Shown here: piece after piece, positions 52,409 through 64,000 of the stretch | Numbering within the stretch: position 1 is the first letter of the stretch | Layout: the number at the start of each line of letters is the position of its first letter | Source: Octopus vulgaris | Lineage: Eukaryota | DNA: 64,000 bases | Direction of reading: 5' to 3' | Assembly: GCA_951406725.2 (NCBI GenBank) | Contig: OX597822.1 | Coordinates: 50,840,001 to 50,904,000, forward strand | Made by a program: the position numbers and the translations under genes | The notes under the pieces: model-generated | Database searches by the model: none | Told to the model about the DNA's origin: nothing | Seen by the model: only the letters and a program-made list of their open reading frames with translations

Positions 52409-55400
52409 TGTATGTGTGTGTGTATATACATATGTACACACATACATTTGTGTCTGCTAGTCTGTGTACAGGTTTCTAGCTATCCCTCTGTATATATATA
52501 TATACCTATATGTATACCTATATATATATGTGCATACACCAATGAACATGCATACATAAATTTAGAAGTTTGTTTTATTGGACCATAATCTTGTATGTTA
52601 GAGGCAAATATTCAATCTGTTCTAGAAAAAAACAAATCTAAATTTTTGTCTTAATATGTAAACGCCAAGTGTAAATATAACTGAGTTAGGTTGGTGCATT
52701 CTCTAGTAATTTAATGTTAATCAATAACAGTCCATGCAAGCAAATACAATTTGCAATGTAATTGAAAACATGTGATGAAATGCTCCTCTAGATTTCTGCA
52801 CTGGAAAACAATTTATCTGTCGAAGGAGAAAAGGAGGGTGAGAGAAATGAAGGAAGGGAAAGAGATAGATTGGAAGAGAGAGGGCAGCAGAGAGAGAAAG
52901 AGAAAGACGGTAAGATAAAGAGGCAGAGAAAGAGAAAGAAAGAATTTCTGTTTGTATTGCATGCTCATATTCTCTTTGTTCATGCTATGACGTTAATTAA
53001 TTCTCGGGTTTGCTGAATTCGGTGTATGTTGAATGAATCCGAAGATTAAACTTTTATTATACTAAAATAGTTCTATTTCCATGCATTATACAATCGAAAG
53101 ATTACAACAGGATGTTCAAAGGGTAATTTCACCAACTCTAATTAAGCTATGAGAAGGTTCTGGTTTGGTAGAATCGTTCGACTTAGATATAAAACACAGG
53201 GCATTTGCGACGGATTGTTACGTTTACTTTCGAAGTCCCAATAGCGCTACGGTCAACATTGATTTCCATACTTTAGCAATTAAAAGAATTATGTGCCAAA
53301 AAAATACTGCTTCGTAAAACTTAGGGTGGTGTTTTAATTACAAATGGTAATATCCTAGCATTATAGAGAAAACATGAAAGTTTTAACAATTTGGCTACGG
53401 TGGAAGGTTATTTGATTTTGAGTGCATCAATTATATTCATCAGTAGAAATCTCAATGGAATGTTAACACAACACGCACTTACATTTAGACATGCACATCA
53501 TTTCTCTCTTGAAACTGTTAACGCAACAACTTCGAAATTTTTATCTTAGCATCTGTTTAAATTCTACATTGAAACTTGAAAAGAAACATGATTTATTGCA
53601 TAGAGAGAAGGGCTATAATTCTGTGAAGAAGGGAAGAGTACATTAAATACAACCAGTACATGATGGGGGTTTATGTTATAAAACCCTATGTATGCTACTG
53701 TGATATTAGAGGGTTTTACGACTGGAAATGTAATATCACGTAACTGAATGCAAGGATGAATTTAGTTCTAACGTACCATGAAATGGTTTTATGCTAATAC
53801 GCTAATACATGTACATTTATGCTATTAGTGTAATCTCTCTATTATATTGCATATACAATAATATATAAAGTAATTCAGTGAGGGACACTAAGAATGAGGA
53901 TGATAGAAATGAAGGACAAAAACAAGATAGAGAGAGAGAGAGAGAGATGCTAGGAGAGATAATGAGAAAGAAAGTGAGAGAGAGGAAAAAGGATGGAGAA
54001 AAAGAGAAAGAGAGTAACGTGCTCATTTCTCTTATTTGCTTGTATAATCTACTGATATTTACTGCTTGTCTGTTACCGAACACGATGAATGACACGTGCT
54101 TGAATTTAATATCTTCAGAATTTAAACATGTATTACAGCAAAATGGTTGTATTTATAAGTATTTTGCACACGATTTCGATAGATATTTATTCAAAATTGT
54201 AATAAAGTTACTCACTGCTACATTTAATGCTCTAGAGTAGGATGATTTAAATATAATCAAATGATAACCAGGAATGGTATAATATTTTGTAAGTACTTAT
54301 GAATAAGACATCTTTTGACAGAAGATACTGTGGGTTTTGGAAATGTTTTTAACCCTCGGTATATGAGATAGTATACCATTAGAAAAGGATTAAGATAAAG
54401 AAAATATAATACAAAGTGATAGATTATCCTTTGGCATTAAAATCGGTCATGTAGTGTACATAACCAAGCATATGTTTGAACCTATACAATGTATTGATTA
54501 CAAGGTATTTCTAACCTCGTGTATAGAACACATGGAATTATCATGTCCATGTGACTTCATAGCATGATTTAAAACATCTTATCACGCATGGAAATCAGTC
54601 GTCATTACATCTCAATAAATCGACGAAATTTGAGATAAAGTAAACATATTCTCTTTTATTTTCTTAACATTCGGTGATTTTTGATATAGCTGCGATCATA
54701 TCAAATGGTAACCTTGTGCTGAGAAAAAATGAAGACACCATGTGTGAAAATGTTTTAGATTTGTTTATAGAAAGCAAAACAATTCGAGTTGCGATATATG
54801 TACAGACACCACGAGGCAGACATTTATCTTCTAAACATATTTATAATTTACTACTGAAGTTTATTTTCTCTGTCACCATTTCAAAAATATTTCATACCGT
54901 ACAGGAATATCGAAGATAAATATTTTTAAACAAATTGTTAGTGATTAAAATTTTTATCAATTTTTCAAATTATTTAAATTTCTCAAACTTTACAATAATT
55001 TTGATAAGGATTTTAAATAGTAAAATGATATCAACGCTATTTATACCGATTTCCGATCTCAGGTGAAAAGAGGAAGGTTTATTGGGAGTACGCTTTTATT
55101 ATGTAGTTTAAGGAAGTTGCACGTAGATTCAGTTATATTTAGCATTCGCTCATAAAGATAAATGAAGATATGTCACTCATATAACAGATTACAAACAAGA
55201 TTTCATAGAAGATTCTCTAATACCGTGACAAGTGAAAATTATTATGTATTATTATGTATTGCAAAAAATAGAAGAAAACAATTCAATAGATTTACGTTTA
55301 AAAAGTAATCTTAGATGTTGCAACAAAGTTCTATAAGATGAATTATATTTACAATTGTTGAAACAATTTGTTCAAGTGGAAGGATGCCTTTGGAGGAAAT

Positions 55401-56265
55401 AATGGACATATAATCAATCAAATGTCAAGGAAAACATACATGAACGTCTTAAAGGGATGACGAAAGAACAATAATGGATTTGATTTGCTTTTCAGATACT
55501 CTATATTGAAAAGTATTTGGTTCTCAAGCAATATATTTTTTGATACATTACACGGTTACGTACAACAATAGGATGATGGTTCTTATTTGAATGTTTCCAT
55601 ATATGTGCTATGAATAATTTAATGTAAAACAAATGAGATTGAGTGATATGAATTAGAAGTATATTTCAAAATAAAATAAAATAAACGCGGAAATATATGT
55701 ACAGATTTTAATAGATTCGCAAGGCGAGAAAAGTGAAACTGTCAGATTTTTTGGAAAAATCATGAGTGACAGAAAATATCACAATACAGTTCTGAAAATT
55801 ATAATAAACGCGAGAGAAATAGAAACAAAATGTGTGTAGATGAGATGAATATTTGAGGGTAATAAACAAAATCATTAAAAAAAATGATATAAAAAGCAGA
55901 TGTGATAAAAATTACAAATATTTACGCTTATAACTGTTATATGTGTGTCACTGTGTGTGGGAATTCCTTTGTAAAATTATACTAATTGTTCCAAAACTAA
56001 AATGCTTGGTGTGTAGAATAGAAAGATGTCAAAGAACCGTGTAAAACAAAAGTGAAAGCAAAAAAACATTCGTTGAAATGAGACTCAAGAGTATTCATGA
56101 TGCATTAATTTCCTTCTTGTTTATTCAAAATCTAAACAAAGATGTAACCAGCTACACAGATAACGTTAATCTCTAAAGTAAAATAATGAGTACCGGTGTT
56201 TTCTTTTAGACCTCACAAATTCACAAAGCAACAATGAAATTTCTTGCGTATTTGAACATATTTAC

Positions 56266-56431
56266 AGGCGCAGGAGTCGTTGTGTGGTAAGAAGCTTGCA
56301 TTCCATCTAAACGGTTCCAGGTTTAGTCCCACTGCTTGGAACCTTGGGCCAGTGACTTCTACTCAAACTTCGGGTAGAACAAAGCTTTGTGAGTGGATTC
56401 GGTAGATAGAAACGGAAAGGAGCCCTTCGTA
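56266..56431 (+). mobile_element. 5' half of CORE-type SINE
   Basis: aggcgcaggagtcgttgtgtggtaagaagcttgc...accttgggccagtgacttctac; homologous to 10363. Confidence 0.75.
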
Positions 56432-57515
56432 ATATATAAATATATATATATATATATGTTTGTGTGTGTGCGTGTGTATTATTACAAATTTGTGATTTTA
56501 CCAATAAAACCTCACCTCCTATTTCAGGATAGCCTTATTGTATGGAATACACATAGAAAGTTATATCTAATAAAATAATATAAGCATTTAAAAACCTATA
56601 TAAAATAGAATAACATTATCTTTTTTAATATTTGAAAAAATATATATAACTTACCTGTTATTAGTCTGTGGGGAAAGAAGATATTTTTTATCGAAGCTAC
56701 ACATAATTCTGCGCTGGAGGGGTGTTTATCATACCTATACCTAATACATAAATCCACCAGTGCGTCCTCAGGCTATTTATGTTATTGTTATTGTTATTAA
56801 CGGATCAAAGTTAAAACTAAATATTATAAATCATATTAAATAGAAAAATAAGAATATGAATAAAATATAATAATATTATATAAATATAATAAAAATATAT
56901 CAATTACAAATATATTTTTTTAAATTTCAAAAATTTAAAAAATTTAAAAAAAATTATATACATAAATTAACAACCTGTTTGTACAGTCACAAAATATTAT
57001 TTGAGAAGTTCGAGAAAGGAACAAGAGCGCTGAGGATAATGAAGAAATAAAAAGATATTTTTTCCAATATTCTAACGACTTTTTTCTTAACCCACACGCA
57101 CACGCACACATACACACACACATATGCGTATGTATATACATAAATTTGTATTCTTTCATTTTGTCCTTCTTTCTATCAGCACTTTCACTCTTCCTTCATT
57201 CCAATCTTCATTATTTCGTTCCCCCTCTCTCACATTTCCTGGCCTTCTCTTCAAGCTCACTTTCTCTCCTCTTTCACTTCACTGTGTCTGTTTCATTTTC
57301 CCTCGCCCCTCCTTCATTCTTCTATCCCTCTGCCTCTACCTCCGTTTCTTCTCTCCCGCTGTGACTGGTGTTCGGCCAGGCCTGACCTTTCTTTCTTGGT
57401 TTGACTACCATCAGTGCAAAATCTATATTCCTCTTTGTGCATGTTAAATCACATGTCCCTGCCGTAAGGCTTTACTTCCATACATGCCAGCTAAATTAAA
57501 TTCGTCCTTAGTCGA

Positions 57516-57575
57516 GCAATCTCGAATATAACCAGCCGAAATTGGAAAGATAATCTGGAACTCGACTGAGGATAG
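57516..57575 (+). ncRNA. Non-circularly permuted hammerhead-like motif, family B
   Basis: gcaATC-tcgaat-ataaccagcc-GAAA ttg...actcga-CTGAGGA. Confidence 0.45.
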
Positions 57576-57677
57576 AAAACTCCGACGGACCTGCCCTTAT
57601 TTTCCTTGTATCGTCTGTATGGATATTTTGTTGTTCCTTTTTTGTATCTCAAAACTGTTTAGATGCTTTGCGTTCTT

Positions 57678-57753
<76 letters not shown>

Positions 57754-57788
57754 GTATGTATACTTGACAAGATCAAATATATATATAC

Positions 57789-58027
57789 TTGCTAAAATCA
57801 AATAATTCTTTAGAAGGATTCCACAATCCTTTGCGCTCATCACTAACATCCACACATTCAAATTTGTCGAAACTGTGCACTACCCTTAAAGCTGTGGAGG
57901 GATTTAAGTCAGACAATAATTGCACACTTTCGACATGGAGACTCAACAACAATAGAAAAACAAGACCTATCAAATTACTGATGCGGGACTGAGGAATCAA
58001 GTTCAAGAACAACAAAATGAAAACCAT
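57789..58027 (-). CDS. Candidate host coding exon (hydrophobic, signal-peptide-like N-terminus); product unknown
   Basis: ttgcAG|ATG acceptor, 79 open non-repetitive codons (MVFILLFLNL...LIGLVFLLLLSLHVES...), AA|GTATAT possible donor; no family recognised. Confidence 0.3.
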
Positions 58028-58416
58028 CTGCAATGTTGATGTAATATAGTAAAAATTTGTTTTAAGAATTAAAAAAAAAAATTAATTAAACTTTCTTATC
58101 CTAACTCTGCTTCACAATGTACTCGCTGTTATTTTATAATAAAATATGTGCTAAAATTCAAGCTTATCTTTCTTTATTCCAAATTATGCTATTTTTGAAA
58201 TTTTGTGATGAGCCTTTTTCATAGATTCTTGCTCGATGGGAGTACATTAAAGTGAGCCCATCTCAATATATATATATATATATATAAAGAAATAATTGAT
58301 ATTCAGTAGAATTAGGTACATAATTTGAAGTACCAGACCCGGGCGTTATTATCCGTACAGCTCAAAGGTGAATAAAATCAAAAGAAACAACACGATATCG
58401 TGTTGCTTATTTTCAT

Positions 58417-58506
<90 letters not shown>

Positions 58507-58619
58507 TGGATGGATGGATGGATGGATGGATGGATGTATACATACATATATGCATGTATATATGGAGAGAGACATTTACTTTTAGTACCCTATTAATTTA
58601 ACACACTCACTTGTCCAAT

Positions 58620-59660
58620 TTTCATACGTTTACTTTTCAACAGTCGTTGACAGTGTTCGTTATCAGAACTGCGTTCTTTTTGGGCTTTTTGCTTTTTTTG
58701 TGCGTATCCGTGCTCGTCAGCGTGTGTGTGCATATACATATGTATGCATGTGTGTATGTATGCATGTGTGTGCATGCATATATAAGTATTTATGTGTAAA
58801 CGGTTGTATGTATATATACTCTGCATGTATGTGTGTGTGTTTGTGCATGGATGTGTGTATGCATATCCATGTGCTTGTGTTTTCATGTTAGCGTGTGTAT
58901 TTAGGTGTGTGTTTGTGTGTGTGTGTCTCTGTATTTGTGTGTACCTCTTTTTTTGTGTGCATATTTGTGTGTTTACTGCTTATGGGTTTGTGTGATTATG
59001 TATGTACGTTTGATATTTATCGATGTGTGTCTCCTTGTGTGAATTGTGCGTGTGTGCATATGGTCATGTGTGTCATACTGCATTTGTATGTATCTATGTA
59101 CATACATACATGCACATACATACATACAAACATAACGCATACATACAAATGAAGACTGAAACACATGACCATATACACACGTACATTTCACACAAGGACA
59201 CATATGGAGACACACATCCATACGTAACAGATGAACATATATAATCACACATACCTATACACAGACACACACAAACGTGCACACAAACGGAGACACAGTT
59301 ACACACACAAACACACACACATACAAACACACAGACATATCCAAACACACAAACATGAACACACAAGCACATTGTTATGCAGAATACATAAAAACCACAA
59401 ACGTGCACACATGTATATATGCGCATGCACATAATGCAGAGTACAAACATACTAACGTGCACACATGCATACATATACATATGCATACACATATACGTGC
59501 ATACACACTCATACATACATGCATACATATATATGTGTATGCGCACGCATATTGATGTATGCGCATGCGCACAAAGAAACAAACAAATCAAAAGAACACA
59601 GTTCCGATAATAGACAGAGTCAACAAATATTTCAAAAGTTGCAAGACGCAACGAAAATTT
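58620..59660. repeat. Old ~1-kb inverted duplication of low-complexity DNA
   Basis: gttatcagaactgcgttctttt vs aaaagaacacagttccgataa; ccttgtgtgaa..atatggtcatgtgt vs acacatgaccatat..ttcacacaagg; centre ~59100-59135. Confidence 0.75.
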
Positions 59661-59811
59661 TAGTAAAATAAATACGCAAATCAGTGGAAATCTGCTCGGT
59701 CAGTTTGTTAAATTAAATAAGCACTAAAAGAGAATTAATCTCCCCAGACACAATGAAATATGCTTCAAAAGACGAATTCACATAAAGAATCATGCAAACT
59801 AAATATAAGAA

Positions 59812-59869
<58 letters not shown>

Positions 59870-59872
<3 letters not shown>

Positions 59873-60460
59873 GGACAGATGATACAAAAAAGGGGACAAC
59901 AAAACATCCAGACAGATGATTTAAAAAACGAAACACGAAAAAGCAAGGACGAGTCATTCTAGGTTTTTGTTTCCTTGGTCGAGTTCTAGATTATCTTTGC
60001 AATTTCGGGTGGTTATACTCGAGATTGCTCTAATCTGGCCAGCCCCAAAGAAAAACTAAGCTAAGAGCACTAGATTCCTTGGATGAAAGCCGCGAATGTT
60101 CCACTACAATCCGTGGAATATCTATATTCCACCCCATGCCTGTCATCTCTTATGTCCCTGCCGTATGGCTTCACTTCCATCGAACTTCATTTAATTCGTA
60201 CTTAGTCAAAAGTCACCTGTTGTTAATTTCCAGTTATTTGTATTTCTATTTCTCCCTGTTTTTCCGTCATTGTTTTCCTATACATTCGCTGCTTTCTTCC
60301 AAGGGATATAGCGCTCTTAGATTAGATTTTCCACGGGACTGGCCAGATTGGAACAATCTCGAGTATAACCTGCCGAAATTACAGAGATAATCTGGAACTC
60401 GACTGAGGAAAGAAAACTCCGAATGTCTTACCCCATTTGTGTATTCTTTCTTTTTTATAT
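59870..60460. mobile_element. Inverted pair of family-B repeats (also at 57480-57675)
   Basis: ~59950-60090 is the diverged reverse complement of ~60291-60430; each contains the permuted HHR-like motif (59972-60028 minus, 60354-60420 plus). Confidence 0.75.
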
Positions 60461-60505
60461 ACATATGGCGGCGTACGTACAATTTGGTCTCAAACTTACT
60501 TGAAG

Positions 60506-60885
60506 ATGCGTTCTAACTTATTTTTCCACCGTCTAGGCCTAAAAAAAAGCCCTTATTGTTGGTTTCCTTGTCCTGTTATTCTTTATTTGTACTGTTTTTT
60601 CTACTGTTTTTTCTTCATTTGTATTGCTTTTACGTCCTGTTCTTGTCACTTGTTTTACCCCTCTGCAAAATAATTTTATTTACTTCCTTTTGCAGGAAGG
60701 ACTGCTTCGGCTGGCCGTGTTCTGCCCTTACCTTCGAAACACGCATTGAATCGAACTGAAAGGGAATTTTCCTTGTATTGTTTGTCATGTACTCTGTTTT
60801 TTCGTGGTTAAAAAAATGTCCGTTTCCTTGTTTGATTTAATGTTTTCGTTTCTCGTTGTTCTACGTTTATTTCTGGTGTCCTGTA

Positions 60886-60964
<79 letters not shown>

Positions 60965-61813
60965 TTGTATATATACATATAGATGTAAGTATGTACATAT
61001 ATGTATATATGCATATGTTTTATTTATTTATTATATTGTTATTATATGACCGAACACACGCGTTGTTTCTCTTCTCCAAGTAAGTTTTTATTTGAATAAT
61101 CATGACCCGCACTCTTATTCTTTACTTGACCTTTCCTCCCTGCCGGTCTGTCTTCCTCTCTACTTGTCTCTCTCCTTCTTATTTTTCACGCTTTCTGGTT
61201 TCTTTTCCTCTCTCTCTCTCTCTTTCTCCTCCTCCTCCTCTGTCTGGCCGTTGACCGGTGTGCTACTAAAACTTTCTTTCAGCTCGTGCTTTCAACAAGC
61301 ATACATCGACTTCTCTGTCTTTCGCAAGCCGCTTTTTCACATGCGTTCTAACTTATTTTTCCACCGTCTAGGCCTAAAAAAGCCCATATTGTTGGTTTCC
61401 TTGTCCTGTTATTCTTTATTTGTACTGTTTTTTCTTCATTTGTATTGCTTTTACGCCCTGTTCTTGTCACTTGTTTTACTCCTCTGCAAAAGAATTTTAT
61501 TTAATTGCTTTTGCAGGAAGGACTACTTCGGCCTGGCCGGGTTCTGCCCTTACCTTTGAAACACTCATTGAGTCGAACCAGGGGCAGCTGATGAAGGGGA
61601 ATTTTCCTTGTATTGTTTGTCCTATACTCTGTTTTTTCGTTGATAAAAAAGTCCGTTTCCTTGTTTGATTTTATGCTTTCCTTTCTCGTTGTGTTCTACG
61701 TTTATTTGTGGTGTCATGTATTCATATATATATGCATGTATATATACATATAGATGTAAGTATGTACATATATGTACGTATATAAGCATATGTTTTATTT
61801 ATTTATTTATTAT

Positions 61814-61817
<4 letters not shown>
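60506..61817 (+). mobile_element. Partial tandem (~1.6 units) of a ~0.82-kb non-coding element, family A
   Basis: atgcgttctaacttatttttccaccgtctaggcct at 60506 and 61341, with ~470 bp of continued similarity; ends in (TA)n. Confidence 0.85.
61538..61599 (+). ncRNA. Non-circularly permuted hammerhead-like motif, family A (partial second copy 60716-60765)
   Basis: GTT-ctgccctt-a-ccttt-GAAAC...aggggcag-CTGATGA-agggg. Confidence 0.55.
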
Positions 61818-61860
<43 letters not shown>

Positions 61861-62441
61861 GGTGCAAATAATTGATTTATCAAGACACAACAGCTAACAG
61901 CACTCAAAGGCTCTAGAAGACTTATTGCTTGTGTTTTATGTGAATTCTCTTCTTGGTGTCTCGTCTGATAATTAATCGTATTTGAATTATTTCTAGTATG
62001 AAGAAAATCTCGAAATTTTATACGGGATATTTTGATATATTTCGTTTGTGGTTCGCTTACGAATACTGCAATTTGGGGGGTAGGTGGGGTTTTCTTTAAA
62101 TTTTCACTTATGCGTTCAGAATTTAACACTCATTTAGAGTTAGTCAATCCAAGAATTGCCCTTGTATTCCAAAATTAACAATTACTTAAGAATTAGTTGA
62201 ATGCATTATTTCTGAAATATTTCAAAACTATCTTTTTTTTCCTACGCACGAAGTCAAATATCATGGATATTGTGAAATACACAAAATATATTTCAAGCCA
62301 TACATACTAGATGCAAATAATTCTTTTCTTTCTACAACACGTTATATTCTTGAATTTTTAAAATGCATCTAATATTTATACACTATTTGTATGAGTTGCA
62401 TATATAGATATATATATATACTCACACACACACAAATACTT

Positions 62442-62495
<54 letters not shown>

Positions 62496-62948
62496 AGTAT
62501 ACGCATAAATATAATATTTATATATGCGTAAATGTATCTAAGTTTCTAGCAATATTAAAAGCAGATTAGCCGCCATAGATAACAATTTGTTTCATGTCAA
62601 CACACATTTGACGAGTTTATTGCGCACCACATTCTATACATATTCATTGATTGTGGTCCTTTTGGTCATCCGCACTCGTAAGAAATGAGTAATTCATTGA
62701 TTATGAATAAAGAAGTTGCTTACTTTTAACTGTACTTTGAACTCTAAAGCAAGGCTTGTGGTAAATAAATATAAAAGAATGAAGAGAATATTAATCGTTA
62801 AATCAGAAAAGAAAAGAAAACACCGTAAAAAATTTGAAAGGCAACATTTGTGTCGGAAAGAATGCGTGAAACTATTGATTAATAATAATCGGAAATATAT
62901 GTATACACCCACCCATATGCATACATACATACATACACATATATACAT

Positions 62949-62979
<31 letters not shown>

Positions 62980-63076
62980 CATATGCATATATATTCAAAA
63001 GTATGTATGCATCTATATATGCCTACGTATTCATTACACACCCATATAAATATATATGTATATATATGTACGCATG

Positions 63077-63150
<74 letters not shown>

Positions 63151-63468
63151 TATATCTGTGTGTGTGTATGCATATGCATGTATATATGTACATATATGTA
63201 TGTATATGTGTGTGGTGTGTGTGTGTGTGAATATGTACAAATTTGGCTGTGTGTTTGTGTATGTCTACATTTATTAGGTAACGTTATGTATGGGAACAAT
63301 TTGAAAATTAGATAGCTATAGTGCCAGTAAGACAAAATGTTATTTCTCCAAATGTCAGAGTTTCTAAAACGAAAAATGTAGCAATTGATCATTCCATTAG
63401 CTTCTATTTGATGATGCTTGCATGCAAGCAGTATTGTCATATTTTTCCTGAAGATTTGCTGCTGCTGA

Positions 63469-63486
63469 TACTACTACTACTACTAC

Positions 63487-63552
<66 letters not shown>
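63469..63552. repeat. (CTA)n followed by (TAG)n trinucleotide repeat
   Basis: Direct reading; the two tracts are reverse complements. Confidence 0.9.
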
Positions 63553-64000
63553 AATATTTAGGTAACATGATTATTAAATGTGCCAAGCAGTCGATAATAC
63601 TACATTACATTGTGGTTACATGATTGATCTGAAGTTACCGTTCTAAAATACTTGTTATACAAGACGAATAATAATGCTTCATATATATATATGAAGCATT
63701 TAAACCAAATATATATATGAAGCATTTAAACCAAATAAGAAACCACTGCCCTCTTCCCCCACATCACCACCTCAATACTACTGCAGTAACAAAAACTTAA
63801 AGAAACATAGGAAGCAGAATGCGCCCCCCACGGCACAAACAAGAAATCCCCAAATATGCCGCTATTCACTGCGCCAGAGACTCTGCACAAATAGTGACTG
63901 CATCTTCACGCATCTACCCGGCACTAGACGCACTACTGGCCAAGGCCAAAGCACGCATCCCACAATAACATCAACACCACCAAATAGTAAATCGAAATTC

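Overview
AT-rich animal genomic DNA, most consistent with an octopod cephalopod (inferred from the (TA)n density and the SINE families). It appears intronic or intergenic: no host gene is confidently present, apart from one candidate exon at 57.8-58.0 kb. Almost all short ORFs in the track are microsatellite artefacts. The window is a mosaic of mobile elements, many sitting in (TA)n tracts: CR1-group LINEs, R4/Dong fragments, Neptune- and Naiad-type Penelope-like elements (PLEs) in inverted configurations (one is a 4.9-kb fold-back), a complete non-autonomous Helitron with a 116-bp tandem array, pogo and mariner relics, and many tRNA-derived SINEs. The most notable signal is RNA-level: more than a dozen hammerhead ribozyme (HHR)-like motifs. 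They include canonical type I motifs in PLE terminal repeats, U3-A8 core variants, and a 362-nt retrozyme-like unit. Two non-coding repeat families (44.4-45.3 kb with 60.5-61.8 kb; 57.5 kb with 59.9-60.4 kb) carry the three hammerhead strands in the order cleavage-strand, GAAA-strand, CUGANGA-strand. That order is a non-circular (pseudoknotted) permutation, and stems I and III show compensatory changes between copies. All structures were read by eye and none was tested.
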